A stretch of DNA of 64,000 nt, taken from an uncultured Acidobacteriota bacterium. GTDB taxonomy: Bacteria > Acidobacteriota > UBA6911 > RPQK01 > JAPXNP01. Under the pieces are notes generated by a model. It was not told the DNA's origin. It ran no database searches and worked only from the letters and a program-made list of their open reading frames with translations. This document shows positions 44,184 through 53,834 of this stretch, piece by piece. Position 1 is the stretch's first letter; every line of letters begins with the position of its first letter. The stretch covers positions 256,001-320,000 of the forward strand of contig CAVZRV010000027.1 in assembly GCA_963777605.1 (NCBI GenBank), read 5' to 3'. Position numbers and translations under genes: made by a program.

Positions 44184-44355
44184 GGGGAGGGACGGGCCCT
44201 GGCGTACCCGTCAGCGCACCCTCCGTGGCGCCGGCCCTAAACAAGTCCCGGTTTGGGCCGATCTTTATTGACGGATCCATGGCCAAAGACGCTCCCCGCA
44301 AATTGGTCGTCCAGTGGACGACGGTGCCTCAGGTGGGGACGAGACCGGAGACACG

Positions 44356-45876
44356 ATGACGACAACTGTTCTGGAACTGCTGGAGAGTAGAGTGTCCGGG
44401 AGGGGAGATCTCCCCGTATTCCGGGGCTCCGTTCTCGAAGTGATCCGCCTGGGGGAAGATACCCAGTGCGCTGCTACGGACATTGCGCGAGTGATCCTCC
44501 AGGACCAGGGTTTTGCAGTCAAAGTGCTCAGAATCGCGAACTCCCCTTATTTCAATCGCTCGGATCGCAGCATCAAGACGATCTCCCGGGCCGTCGTCCT
44601 GCTCGGAGTCGAGGTAATCAGGGATATTTGCCTCGGGTTGGGTTTCGTCGAAGTCTTTCAGCGTCACCACCCATGGATCGACCTGCGACAAATCCTTGCG
44701 CGCAGCTATTTCACGGCCGTCCTGACCCGGGCTTTCGCCGAGCGCATCCCCAACACCAGAAAGGAAGAGCTCTTCCTGGCCGGCCTGCTGCAGTACCTGG
44801 GCCCCCTGGCCGTAGCTTACTACCTGCCCGAAAAGTACCTCGAAGTACAGCGGGTTGAACAGGAATCGGGGATCTCCCGGCTTGAGGCCGAGCGCAGCGT
44901 GCTCGGGCAGCCGCTGTCCGCCTTCGGGGACTCGCTGGCCGAACGGTGGGCCCTTCCCAGCAGTCTGCCTCCGTTGCGGAGTGGGAACGGCAGCAAGGTC
45001 TCGGAAAAGAAAGGTGGCGGCGATCCCGTCAACATCCCCGCTCTTTCCCGGGAAATCTCGGAAAACCTCTTCGGCGATACCCAAAGGTACGAGAGGGCCC
45101 TTTCGGAGATCCTGAAAGACATCGAAGAGAGCTTTGAACTTGAAGAAGATGTCGCGGACAACGTCATCCAACAAGCCTTCACGACCAGCCGGCACTCGTC
45201 GGCTCTTTACGGTCTCGAAGCGGACACCTTGACCCCGAAATCCGATACTGAGAAGGAAAGCTCCGACCCGGCCAGGGTCCGCATTCTGGCAACCCTGGAA
45301 CTGGCCCGGAAAGAGGAAGAGGTCCCCTCCCAATCGGAAAAACTCGAGACCGAGAAAATGGATCGAGGCACTCACCAACTCGAACTGCTCCGCGAGATCT
45401 CGCTTCATATCCTCGAAAACCGTGACCTGACCACGCTGTTTAACCTGATTATGGAAGGGACTCAGGCGATCGCAGGCTTCGACCGGATCATCCTGGCACT
45501 CTGCAATCCCAATCGAACCGAGATCACCGGCCGTTACGGTTTCGGGAATCGGGCGGATACCTTCGCCCGGGACCTGAGGATTCCCTTCGATCCAGACAAC
45601 CTCTTCACTCGCTGCCTCCTCGAACGAAAGCCTCTGCTGGTGATGAATGCCGATGAAGAACCCTATCACTCATTGATACCAGGTGAATTGCGTCAGGTTC
45701 TTCAGACTCAATCGTTTGCGATCAGCCCGATGTTCTCTTCAGACCGGGTCGTCGGCCTGTTTTACGTGGATAATGCCCGCTCGAATCGACCGATCACTCT
45801 GGAGGACTACCAGGTGTTTGAGCACTTTGCCTTCCAGGCGAACCTGGGGCTAGACCGGCACCGAACCAAGTTGTAG
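44356..45876 (+). CDS. HDOD + GAF domain protein
   Basis: DQGFAVKVLRIANSPYF, degenerate LQYLG in place of LHDIG; GAF with GFDR and SPMFSSDRVVGLFYVDN. Confidence 0.9.
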   Translation: MTTTVLELLESRVSGRGDLPVFRGSVLEVIRLGEDTQCAATDIARVILQDQGFAVKVLRIANSPYFNRSDRSIKTISRAVVLLGVEVIRDICLGLGFVEVFQRHHPWIDLRQILARSYFTAVLTRAFAERIPNTRKEELFLAGLLQYLGPLAVAYYLPEKYLEVQRVEQESGISRLEAERSVLGQPLSAFGDSLAERWALPSSLPPLRSGNGSKVSEKKGGGDPVNIPALSREISENLFGDTQRYERALSEILKDIEESFELEEDVADNVIQQAFTTSRHSSALYGLEADTLTPKSDTEKESSDPARVRILATLELARKEEEVPSQSEKLETEKMDRGTHQLELLREISLHILENRDLTTLFNLIMEGTQAIAGFDRIILALCNPNRTEITGRYGFGNRADTFARDLRIPFDPDNLFTRCLLERKPLLVMNADEEPYHSLIPGELRQVLQTQSFAISPMFSSDRVVGLFYVDNARSNRPITLEDYQVFEHFAFQANLGLDRHRTKL

Positions 45877-45965
45877 CCAATTTTCCCTTGCCCGCTGAAA
45901 ATGCTCCTGCGCGCCGCGAGGCGACCACGAGAAGGCCGTCAAGTGTTGAGTAGTGCGCCCTTCGG

Positions 45966-45995
45966 TTGACACTCCGGCCCCTAAACCGATAGAAT
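45966..45995 (+). promoter_or_regulatory. Sigma70-type promoter for the sigma factor gene
   Basis: TTGACA (45966-45971), 18-bp spacer, TAGAAT (45990-45995). Confidence 0.7.
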
Positions 45996-46236
45996 CTTTT
46001 GGCATTCCAATTGCAGGATTTATCGGTGTGTAGAGCACGGGTATTCCTGCAAACTCAAACGTAGTGAATCACTCCATGAATCAGCCGGCCCATACTTCCG
46101 CAAATCCGGAAGTTGTGTGAACTGCTCTTTTCGGGGTTGGAAAGAGGCAACGCCTGCGCAGCCTCCGAGGGATTCATTGAATGGCAGAAGCTGGTCGCCC
46201 CCATGGGCGCCTGGCTTCGCGAATTGGGCCGATTGA

Positions 46237-47721
46237 ATGAAACAGACTTCTGAGATCCCGGCAAAGCGGCCACGAGCCGCTCAGAAACGATTCGGGAACG
46301 GGACAAGCGGGCTTCCGGATCCCGAACTCCTTTCTGCGGAGCCACTTCGCATTTACCTGCGGGAGATGGGTAGCGTACCCCTGCTAACCCGGCAGGAAGA
46401 GGTGGACCTTGCCCGCCGGATTGAACGGAGCCAAGACGCGATCCTCAAAACACTTTCCCGATCGGGGTTGGTGGTTGAGGAACTTCTCAATCTTCCCGTC
46501 GACTCGATTCTGGAAAGGATTTCGCCGCCGGAGGCCGCGGATTCCGAGGACGGGTCGGAGCCGGCAGTAGCAGGCAATGCCGATGAGCCGGACGCCCACC
46601 AAATTCTCCAGGAGTTGGCCCGGTTGCACCAGGAAGCTTCCCGCCTCTGGATCGAGAGTCAAGAGTCCGGGACTTCGGCAAAGAAACGCAGGACACTGCT
46701 GGGACAACTCGCCCGCTGCCGGGTGCGGATGTCACAAAACGTCGTGGCCCTCGGTCCTGGAGACGTTCTCCGCGAGCGCATGACCGACTGGTTCAAGTGT
46801 GCAGTCAACCAGGTTGGCGACCTGGATCGAGCGGTCTCGAAAGCCCGTTCCCAACTGAGCGAAAAGAAGGGGCCTGGCGCCGCGAGGAACCCGCGGGCCC
46901 AACTGCGGGACGCAAACGAAGCACTCCGGGAAATCAGCCGGAAACTGCTCGCCCAGCCATCGGAGCTTAAGAAGAGCTGGATTCGAATCAGGCGCAACCA
47001 ACAGCAGGCCGACAATGCGCGGAGGAACCTGATCGAGGCCAACCTGCGACTCGTCGTCGCTATCGCGAAAAAGTACGCCACCCGTGGCCTCTCCTTCCAG
47101 GACCTGATCCAGGAGGGAAACATCGGCCTGATGAAGGCCGTTGAACGTTTTGAGTACCGGAGAGGTTTCAAGTTCTCCACATATGCCCATTGGTGGATTC
47201 GCCAGGCGATCACTCGAGCCATCGCCGACCAGGCCCGGACGATTCGCGTGCCGGTACACATGGTCAGCCGAATTGACGCGGTCTACAAGACCACCCGTGC
47301 GCTCTCGGCGGAACTTCAGAGGGAGCCGACTCCAGCTGAGATCGCGGCTCGGATGGATACTTCCGAAAAGGAGATCCGCAAGATTCTCAAAATCGCGCAG
47401 CAACCGATTTCGCTCGAAACCCCGATCGGCGCAGACAAAGACGGCATTCTCGGCGACTTCATTGAGGACGCGGGCCAGTGCTCCCCGGCAGATTCGGCGG
47501 TATCCAGTTGCTTGATCGATCAAAGCATTGCTGTCCTCAGCAGCCTGAGTCCAAGAGAGGAAGAGATCATTCGGATGCGCTTCGGGCTGGGAAGCCAAAA
47601 GGAGAGCACGCTCGAGGAAGTCGGCCGCCGTTTCTCGGTCACGAGAGAACGGATCCGGCAAATCGAGCGAAGTGCGCTGCGCAAGCTCAGGCACAAGGCT
47701 CCAAAGCAAAACGGGGCCTAA
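46237..47721 (+). CDS. RpoD-like sigma70 factor lacking region 1.1 (probable paralog)
   Basis: Region 1.2 [10 protein letters not shown]; region 2 [33 protein letters not shown]; region 4 [16 protein letters not shown]. No dnaG upstream. Confidence 0.93.
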   Translation: MKQTSEIPAKRPRAAQKRFGNGTSGLPDPELLSAEPLRIYLREMGSVPLLTRQEEVDLARRIERSQDAILKTLSRSGLVVEELLNLPVDSILERISPPEAADSEDGSEPAVAGNADEPDAHQILQELARLHQEASRLWIESQESGTSAKKRRTLLGQLARCRVRMSQNVVALGPGDVLRERMTDWFKCAVNQVGDLDRAVSKARSQLSEKKGPGAARNPRAQLRDANEALREISRKLLAQPSELKKSWIRIRRNQQQADNARRNLIEANLRLVVAIAKKYATRGLSFQDLIQEGNIGLMKAVERFEYRRGFKFSTYAHWWIRQAITRAIADQARTIRVPVHMVSRIDAVYKTTRALSAELQREPTPAEIAARMDTSEKEIRKILKIAQQPISLETPIGADKDGILGDFIEDAGQCSPADSAVSSCLIDQSIAVLSSLSPREEEIIRMRFGLGSQKESTLEEVGRRFSVTRERIRQIERSALRKLRHKAPKQNGA

Positions 47722-47869
47722 GTCCCCGAGCATCTTCTCCCCCCACCTCTACTGACCGTCAAATCACCACGCGCCCGACAGGCCATTCGTCAAACGAATG
47801 TTGCGTGGTCCCCTCTCATCGCTACAATAGTTCGGGGCTTTCAAATCTGAATTTCGAGAGGGGTTAGAA

Positions 47870-49168
47870 ATGAGTGACTCAAGTGCATTCAGGATGGGTC
47901 GGAGGAGTTTTCTGGCGGCCGCGCCCGGCGTTGCGTATTCGGCGCCGGCATTTCTCAGGGGAAATCAGAGCCCGAACGATAAGCTGGTCATGGGAATGAT
48001 CGGGGTCGGCGGAATGGGAACCGGCCGCCTTCAGGGCTTTCTGAAACACTCTGACGTTGAAGTCGCCGCTGTATGCGATCTGGATCGGGACCATCTCGAT
48101 CGTGCACTTGGCATCGTTGAGAAAGCTCGGGGCCGCAGACCGGTTGGCTTTTCCGATTTTCGCCGCCTGCTCGACTTAAAGGAGATTGATGCCGTTACCG
48201 TTGTCACACCCGATCACTGGCATGCCATCCCCTTCGTTCAGGCATGCCGGGCCGGGAAGGACGTCTTTGTCGAGAAACCGCTTGCCTACAGCATCCAGGA
48301 AGGCCGCGCGATGGCGGATGCTGCCGCCAAGGAGAAGCGCGTCACTCAAATGGGCAACCACATTCACAACGATCTACCCAACTACCGGCGGGTCGTGGAG
48401 CAGGTGCGCAGTGGAAACCTGGGCAAAATCACCCGGGTCCATTGCTGGAAGACGTCAAACACCAAGAGCCTCGGGAATCCTCCCAACGGGGAGCCGCCAG
48501 CCTCGCTCGACTATGACTTCTGGCTGGGGCCTGCTCCGGAACGCCCCTACAACCCGCTGCGCAGCCACGGCACCTACCGCTACTTCTGGGATTACTCGGG
48601 TGGCGTATTCATTGATTTCTGGTGTCACATCGTCGACGTCGCGTACTGGGCGCTCGAATTGACCGCGCCCCGAAGTGTTGCCGTCAATGGTGGCAAATTC
48701 TACCTCGAAGATGCCACCGAGACTCCCGACAGCGTCGAGGCAATGCTGGAGTATCCCGAATTGACGCTGCTCTTCACCATGCACCCCAACCCACTTCCCG
48801 GGTTCGAGCACATGGGCGGGATCGGGTGTGTCTTCCAGGGAACCGACGCCACCCTGGTTACGAACTACGAGAAGCACGAGATTTACGTAGACGGGAAACT
48901 GGCTCAGGGTTTTCCGGAGCCCAGCCTCCACATCCCAGACTCTCCCGGTCATCTTCGGGAATTCATCGATGGGGTGAAGAATCGGGACACTCAAACAACC
49001 TGCAACGTCGGCTATGGATACCGGTTGACCAAGGCGGGCCTGTTGTCGAACATCGCCTACCGGACCGGGGACCGGATCTATTGGAACGACGAAACCGAGA
49101 CCATCGCCGGGAATGAAAGTGCCAATCGACTCCTCGGGCGAGCGTTCCGGAAACCCTGGACAATCTAG
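47870..49168 (+). CDS. Tat-exported Gfo/Idh/MocA oxidoreductase
   Basis: RRSFL, IGVGGMG, TPDHWH, VEKP and WLGPAP. Confidence 0.92.
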   Translation: MSDSSAFRMGRRSFLAAAPGVAYSAPAFLRGNQSPNDKLVMGMIGVGGMGTGRLQGFLKHSDVEVAAVCDLDRDHLDRALGIVEKARGRRPVGFSDFRRLLDLKEIDAVTVVTPDHWHAIPFVQACRAGKDVFVEKPLAYSIQEGRAMADAAAKEKRVTQMGNHIHNDLPNYRRVVEQVRSGNLGKITRVHCWKTSNTKSLGNPPNGEPPASLDYDFWLGPAPERPYNPLRSHGTYRYFWDYSGGVFIDFWCHIVDVAYWALELTAPRSVAVNGGKFYLEDATETPDSVEAMLEYPELTLLFTMHPNPLPGFEHMGGIGCVFQGTDATLVTNYEKHEIYVDGKLAQGFPEPSLHIPDSPGHLREFIDGVKNRDTQTTCNVGYGYRLTKAGLLSNIAYRTGDRIYWNDETETIAGNESANRLLGRAFRKPWTI

Positions 49169-49242
49169 GACCATTTTTGATCGACGATTTTTGATTTTAG
49201 ATTTTCGAGAGCAGCGGGAGGTTCGGGCGAAGGAGTTGGCAT

Positions 49243-51801
49243 ATGAAGGTCCCTGACGTGAAACCAGCACAGTCTCCTCAGAAGGAGAACACGACCGGGG
49301 CCACACTCTTCCGGTCCAACCGGCGGGAGTTTCTAGGTTCTGTGGGTGCCGCGGCAGTTGTTGGAAGCGGCTCTCGCGGGTTAGCCCAGCCGGCAGCTCC
49401 GGGAATTCGGGATGGGCTGGTCGGGCCGGTTCACCGATTTCAATCTGCCCGGCCCGTGTGGGTCGAGGGGCGAACGTCCGAGATGAACCTGCAGGTCGGC
49501 TTTCGCACCTTCGTCAACTTCCAGCCTCAACTGAGTCCCGACCTGTCAGGGCCCGTTTTGGTCAGGATTGCGGCTTCATCTCTCTACCGACTCTCCGTAA
49601 ACGGCTTCTTCGTCGGGCATGGGCCAGCCCGGGCGGCCCATGGCTTCTTTCGCATTGACGAGTGGGAAATTCCGGAGGGACGGCTCAAGCGATACGACAA
49701 CCTGGTCGCTGTAGAGGTTGCCGGATACAATGTCAACAGCTACTACCTGTTGAACCAGCCGGCGTTCCTCCAGGCGGAGGTTGTATGGGGAGACCAAACC
49801 CTTGCCGCAACTGGTCCTGCCCGAAATGAATTCGAAGCCTTCCCCCTGGAATGGCGGGTCCAGAAAACCCAGCGTTACAGCTTTCAGCGAACCTTCTCGG
49901 AGGTATACCGTCTCCGCCCCGAGTTCGATCTCTGGAAGAAGGAACGCAAACCGCTCCATGAAAGAAAGTCGCCCGTAACCGAGGCCAAAGCAGGTGAGTG
50001 TCTTCCCCGGCGGGTTCCCTCTCCGGGGTTCCATTCCCGACAGCCAGTTCTTCGATTGAGCCGTGGCCGGTTTCGGGCCAACGTCGCGGTCGAGAAGCCA
50101 TGGAAGGACCGCGCGTTGACCGGAATCGGCAAGGACTACCTCGGCTACCCTGAAGATCAGCTGGAGATCATCCAATCGCTCGATCTGCAGAAAACGGTAA
50201 CGGACTCCATTACCGGAATCAATGAGGCCTACGCCTGGGAGCAGGAGTCCCGTCTGGGAACGGGCGAGTTCGAAATCTACGACTTCGGCGTGAACAATAC
50301 AGGCTTTTTCGGCTGCCGGGTCGAATGCAGCCGGTCGTCACGGCTGTACCTGACGTTCGACGAGATCCTCAGCGACGGAGACGTGGATTTCAGGAGACTG
50401 TCCTGCGTGAATGCCGTCGTCTGGGAACTGGAGCCGGGAGAGTACGAACTGGAATCGTTCGAGCCGTACACCCTTCAATATCTCAAAGTAATGTGCTTCG
50501 CGGGCGACTGCCGCATCGACCGGGTCTACCTGCGGGAATTGGTCAATTCCGATGTTCACGAAGCACACTTTTCCTGCAGTGACGATCGGTTGAACCGGCT
50601 GTTTGCGGCGGCCCGGGAAACCTTTCGGCAGAACGCGGTGGACATCTTTATGGACTGCCCCTCGCGGGAACGCGCCGGCTGGCTCTGCGACAGTTTCTTT
50701 ACCTCGCGTGTTGCTTCGGTGTTGTCCGGTAATCTTTCGGTCGAAAAGAACTTCCTGGAAAATTACCTTCTACCCGATTCGTTCGCAAACATGCCCGCAG
50801 GCATGGTCCCGATGTGCTATCCGGCCGACCACTACAACGGCGAATTCATCCCCAACTGGTCGCTCTGGTTCGTCCTGCAGCTTCGGGAGTATCTTCAACG
50901 GAGCGCCGACGATAGTTCTACTTCCCGGATTCGGTCGCGACTCACAGCGCTGTTCGACTATTTCCGGAAATTCGAAAACGATGACGGGCTACTCGAGAAG
51001 CTGGAAAGCTGGGTCTTCATTGAATGGTCGGCTGCCAACGACTTCGTGCAGGACGTCAACTACCCCAGTAACATGCTCTACGCCGCTGCCCTGGAAGCAG
51101 CCGGGCAGATGCTGCCCGACGAGTCGATGCTCAGGCGGGCCGAAGAAGTCCGAAAGGCGATTCGAAAGCAGTCATTTGACGGAGAGTTCTTCGTCGATAA
51201 CGCTGTTCGCGGACCCGGTGGCCTGAGGCCGACCCGGAACCGAACCGAGGTCTGTCAGTATTTTGCCTTCTATTTCGGTGTCGCCGATTCTTCGACGTAC
51301 CCCGAACTCTGGAACCGGCTGGCAACCGAATTTGGCCCGGACCGTGTTTCAAAGGGTCACTATCCCGAAATTCACCCGGCCAACTCGTTCGTGGGCAACG
51401 TTCTGCGCCTCGAACTGCTTTCTCGCTATGGTCTCGGTCGCCAGATGCTCGACGAATCGGTCTCCTACCTGCTCTACATGGCGGATCGAACAGGGACGCT
51501 CTGGGAGAACACCGACACGCGGGCAAGCTGCGATCACGGCTTTGCGTCTCACGTCTCCTTTACCTACTTTCGCGACGTGCTGGGATGCTACCGCATCGAT
51601 CACTCCAGCAAGCAAGTCCTGCTCCGACCTCTGGATCTCGACCTGGCGTGGGCTGAAGGACGAATACCGGGACCGGGTGAACCGATCGAAGTCCGGTGGC
51701 AGCGCGACGGCCACAGGTTGGACCTCCAGGCCGTTGTACCCGCGGGCTACCGGGTCGAAGTCGAGAACCCGGCCGGACTCGAGATCCGGTTGAATTCGTA
51801 G
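49243..51801 (+). CDS. Tat-exported GH78-like glycoside hydrolase
   Basis: NRREFL, GPAR, YDFG, MDCPSRERAGWLCD, TLWE and SCDHG. Confidence 0.85.
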   Translation: MKVPDVKPAQSPQKENTTGATLFRSNRREFLGSVGAAAVVGSGSRGLAQPAAPGIRDGLVGPVHRFQSARPVWVEGRTSEMNLQVGFRTFVNFQPQLSPDLSGPVLVRIAASSLYRLSVNGFFVGHGPARAAHGFFRIDEWEIPEGRLKRYDNLVAVEVAGYNVNSYYLLNQPAFLQAEVVWGDQTLAATGPARNEFEAFPLEWRVQKTQRYSFQRTFSEVYRLRPEFDLWKKERKPLHERKSPVTEAKAGECLPRRVPSPGFHSRQPVLRLSRGRFRANVAVEKPWKDRALTGIGKDYLGYPEDQLEIIQSLDLQKTVTDSITGINEAYAWEQESRLGTGEFEIYDFGVNNTGFFGCRVECSRSSRLYLTFDEILSDGDVDFRRLSCVNAVVWELEPGEYELESFEPYTLQYLKVMCFAGDCRIDRVYLRELVNSDVHEAHFSCSDDRLNRLFAAARETFRQNAVDIFMDCPSRERAGWLCDSFFTSRVASVLSGNLSVEKNFLENYLLPDSFANMPAGMVPMCYPADHYNGEFIPNWSLWFVLQLREYLQRSADDSSTSRIRSRLTALFDYFRKFENDDGLLEKLESWVFIEWSAANDFVQDVNYPSNMLYAAALEAAGQMLPDESMLRRAEEVRKAIRKQSFDGEFFVDNAVRGPGGLRPTRNRTEVCQYFAFYFGVADSSTYPELWNRLATEFGPDRVSKGHYPEIHPANSFVGNVLRLELLSRYGLGRQMLDESVSYLLYMADRTGTLWENTDTRASCDHGFASHVSFTYFRDVLGCYRIDHSSKQVLLRPLDLDLAWAEGRIPGPGEPIEVRWQRDGHRLDLQAVVPAGYRVEVENPAGLEIRLNS

Positions 51802-51806
51802 CTCTC

Positions 51807-52271
51807 TCAGGGAAGGTTGCCAGTGACCCGCGCAATGAAGCGGATGCATTTGTGGGGGAAGTCGACCGGCTCGCAGAACATCATCGGGCAGCCGCCTTCG
51901 ATGACCTTGATCCCTTTCTCGCGGGCTTCCCGGGCAGCCACCGTTGAAACGCTTCCGGTACCCATCGAACGGTGCATCCAAATCATCCTGACACCCCGGG
52001 CATGACACTCGGCTACAATGGCCGAGCAGAGGTTCGGATTCGTTGTCACCATCACTCCCTCGGGTGCCTCGGGCAGGTCGGACAGGCTGGAGTAACATCG
52101 ATCGCCGGCGATATTCTCGGCAGACGGGTTGACCGCGTATACCTTGCGCCCGGCAGCCTTGAGTTTCTCATAGATGGCACGCCCCGGTTTGGTTTTGTTG
52201 CGGGATGCCCCGACCACCGCGATTGGATCCAGGCCCAGAAACTCTTCAATCAGCCCGTTGCGATATGCCAC
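51807..52271 (-). CDS. CoA-binding protein (YccU-like)
   Basis: IAVVGAS, VYAVNP, YSSLSDLPE and GCPMM. Confidence 0.9.
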   Translation of the reverse strand: MAYRNGLIEEFLGLDPIAVVGASRNKTKPGRAIYEKLKAAGRKVYAVNPSAENIAGDRCYSSLSDLPEAPEGVMVTTNPNLCSAIVAECHARGVRMIWMHRSMGTGSVSTVAAREAREKGIKVIEGGCPMMFCEPVDFPHKCIRFIARVTGNLP

Positions 52272-52492
52272 TTTTCCCTCCTGGCGTCTGACGGTTATGT
52301 TACCCGGGACCGAGAAATTCCTCCAGCGTGAACGGGGGCCTAGGCTGTCAGGCTGGAAGGTCCACTCCGGGCTGGCAGTCTGGCGTGGCAGGCCAAGGCC
52401 AGGCAGAGAATTGCCGGGGGACGGTCGCGCCAGGCGGGATGCCTGGCGGACACGCCGGCAGGGAAGGCTGCCTGGCGCGACCGTTTTGCTGT

Positions 52493-52527
52493 TTCGGGTT
52501 TCGGGACCCAGAGACCCGAAACCCGAA
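52493..52527. repeat. 13-bp perfect inverted repeat built from 7-mers
   Basis: TTCGGGTTTCGGG / CCCGAAACCCGAA. Confidence 0.65.
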
Positions 52528-52538
52528 TCGCGTTCCCG

Positions 52539-53649
52539 CTACAGGGCAGCCATGACGTCCGTCATCAGACGCTTTGAACCTTCGACACCTTCCCAGGGGC
52601 CGTGCTCGTACTCAAGAGCGATCGTCCCGGTGTACTTGTGGGCGTTGAGGATTTCCACGCAGCGGGCCACGTTGTTCCAGTCCTTCTCGGGAGTCACCCA
52701 GCGATCCCAGTACTTGGCATGGATGTGGTGGTGGGTATAGGGCATCAGCACTTCCAGGCCGTGGAACAGATTGTACTCGTGCTCCCAGTTGCAGAAGTCG
52801 GGAGTGGCCTCGCAGTAAGGGTGATCTACCTCGTCAACGATGATCTTGATGTTCATCGGATTGGCACACAATCCCCAGTGGTTTTCGATGCTGATGATGA
52901 CATTCTTCTTGGCACCGTAGTCTGCCATCTCCTTGAACGACTTGATGCACTGGTTGAAGTAGACGACAATCTGGTCGTTCTTGGGATAACCGGACTTGTC
53001 GGCCTTTGCTTCCGGCATGATCCGGGTCCCGCTCACACCGGTGTTGACCCGCATGGTCTTGGCACCGAGAACGGAAGCCGCGTCGAGCCAGAGTTTCGCC
53101 ACTCGGACACCCTCCAACCGCTTCTCGTCGTCGGGATCGGCAATGTTCTGAGGCGCATTGTTCGAAACGTGGCAGCAGTCCGTGCCCGGTCTTCACCTGA
53201 GTATCGGCCAGTTTTTCAACCCACTTCTTCGACGAGGGCGTGGATGGATCCCACCGGGAGTAGGTTCGTTGTCTGGCCGTCCCGTTCGAAGGTATATTCG
53301 GCGTACTGAGAGTCATCTGACGGGTCACCGAATACGTCCGACCACAAATCCATGTGGTAGACTCCGGGATAGGTGTCCTTGGTCCACTGGGGAAAATCGA
53401 GCATCGTGATGACGCCGTACTTGTCCCGCATCGCCTTGACCTCGGGATTGTCGGCCCGATCTCTTCGGCTTTTGAACATGAACCGGGGGGCCAACAACTT
53501 GAAGCAATTCTCGCCAGCTTCTCTTTCTCCGTCAGCGCTCGATTGGTGGATGCGGCAGCCTGGCCGACCAGCGTTGCAGCGGCGACCCCGGCCCCGGCTA
53601 CCTTGAGAAAATCACGGCGACCTGAACTGGACTTCGATTCCGAACTCAT
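52539..53649 (-). CDS. Tat-exported sugar phosphate isomerase/epimerase (xylose isomerase-like TIM barrel), several frameshifts in 53140-53500
   Basis: GRRDFLK; MLDFPQWTKD, MRVNTG, IENHWG, PDFCNW, HAK and LEYE distributed over three ORFs. Confidence 0.82.
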
Positions 53650-53834
53650 AGTTTCTCCTTAGCCCTCCCGTCTCCTCGCGGAGGAAACAGTTTGGATGAT
53701 AATGTGATGAATGATCTGAGCGACCCGACTGACCTGCCCGCGTCTCGGGGTCGGACTCACAACTTCCCAAGCTCCAACCTCATGTTAAGCGCAGTCAGCA
53801 TTCCAGGCAAGCACCAGCGCCCGTTCCGCAGTAG

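Noticed and set aside
46237-47721. Assigning the symbol rpoD
   Set aside because: Region 1.1 and dnaG linkage are missing, so it is more likely a paralog.
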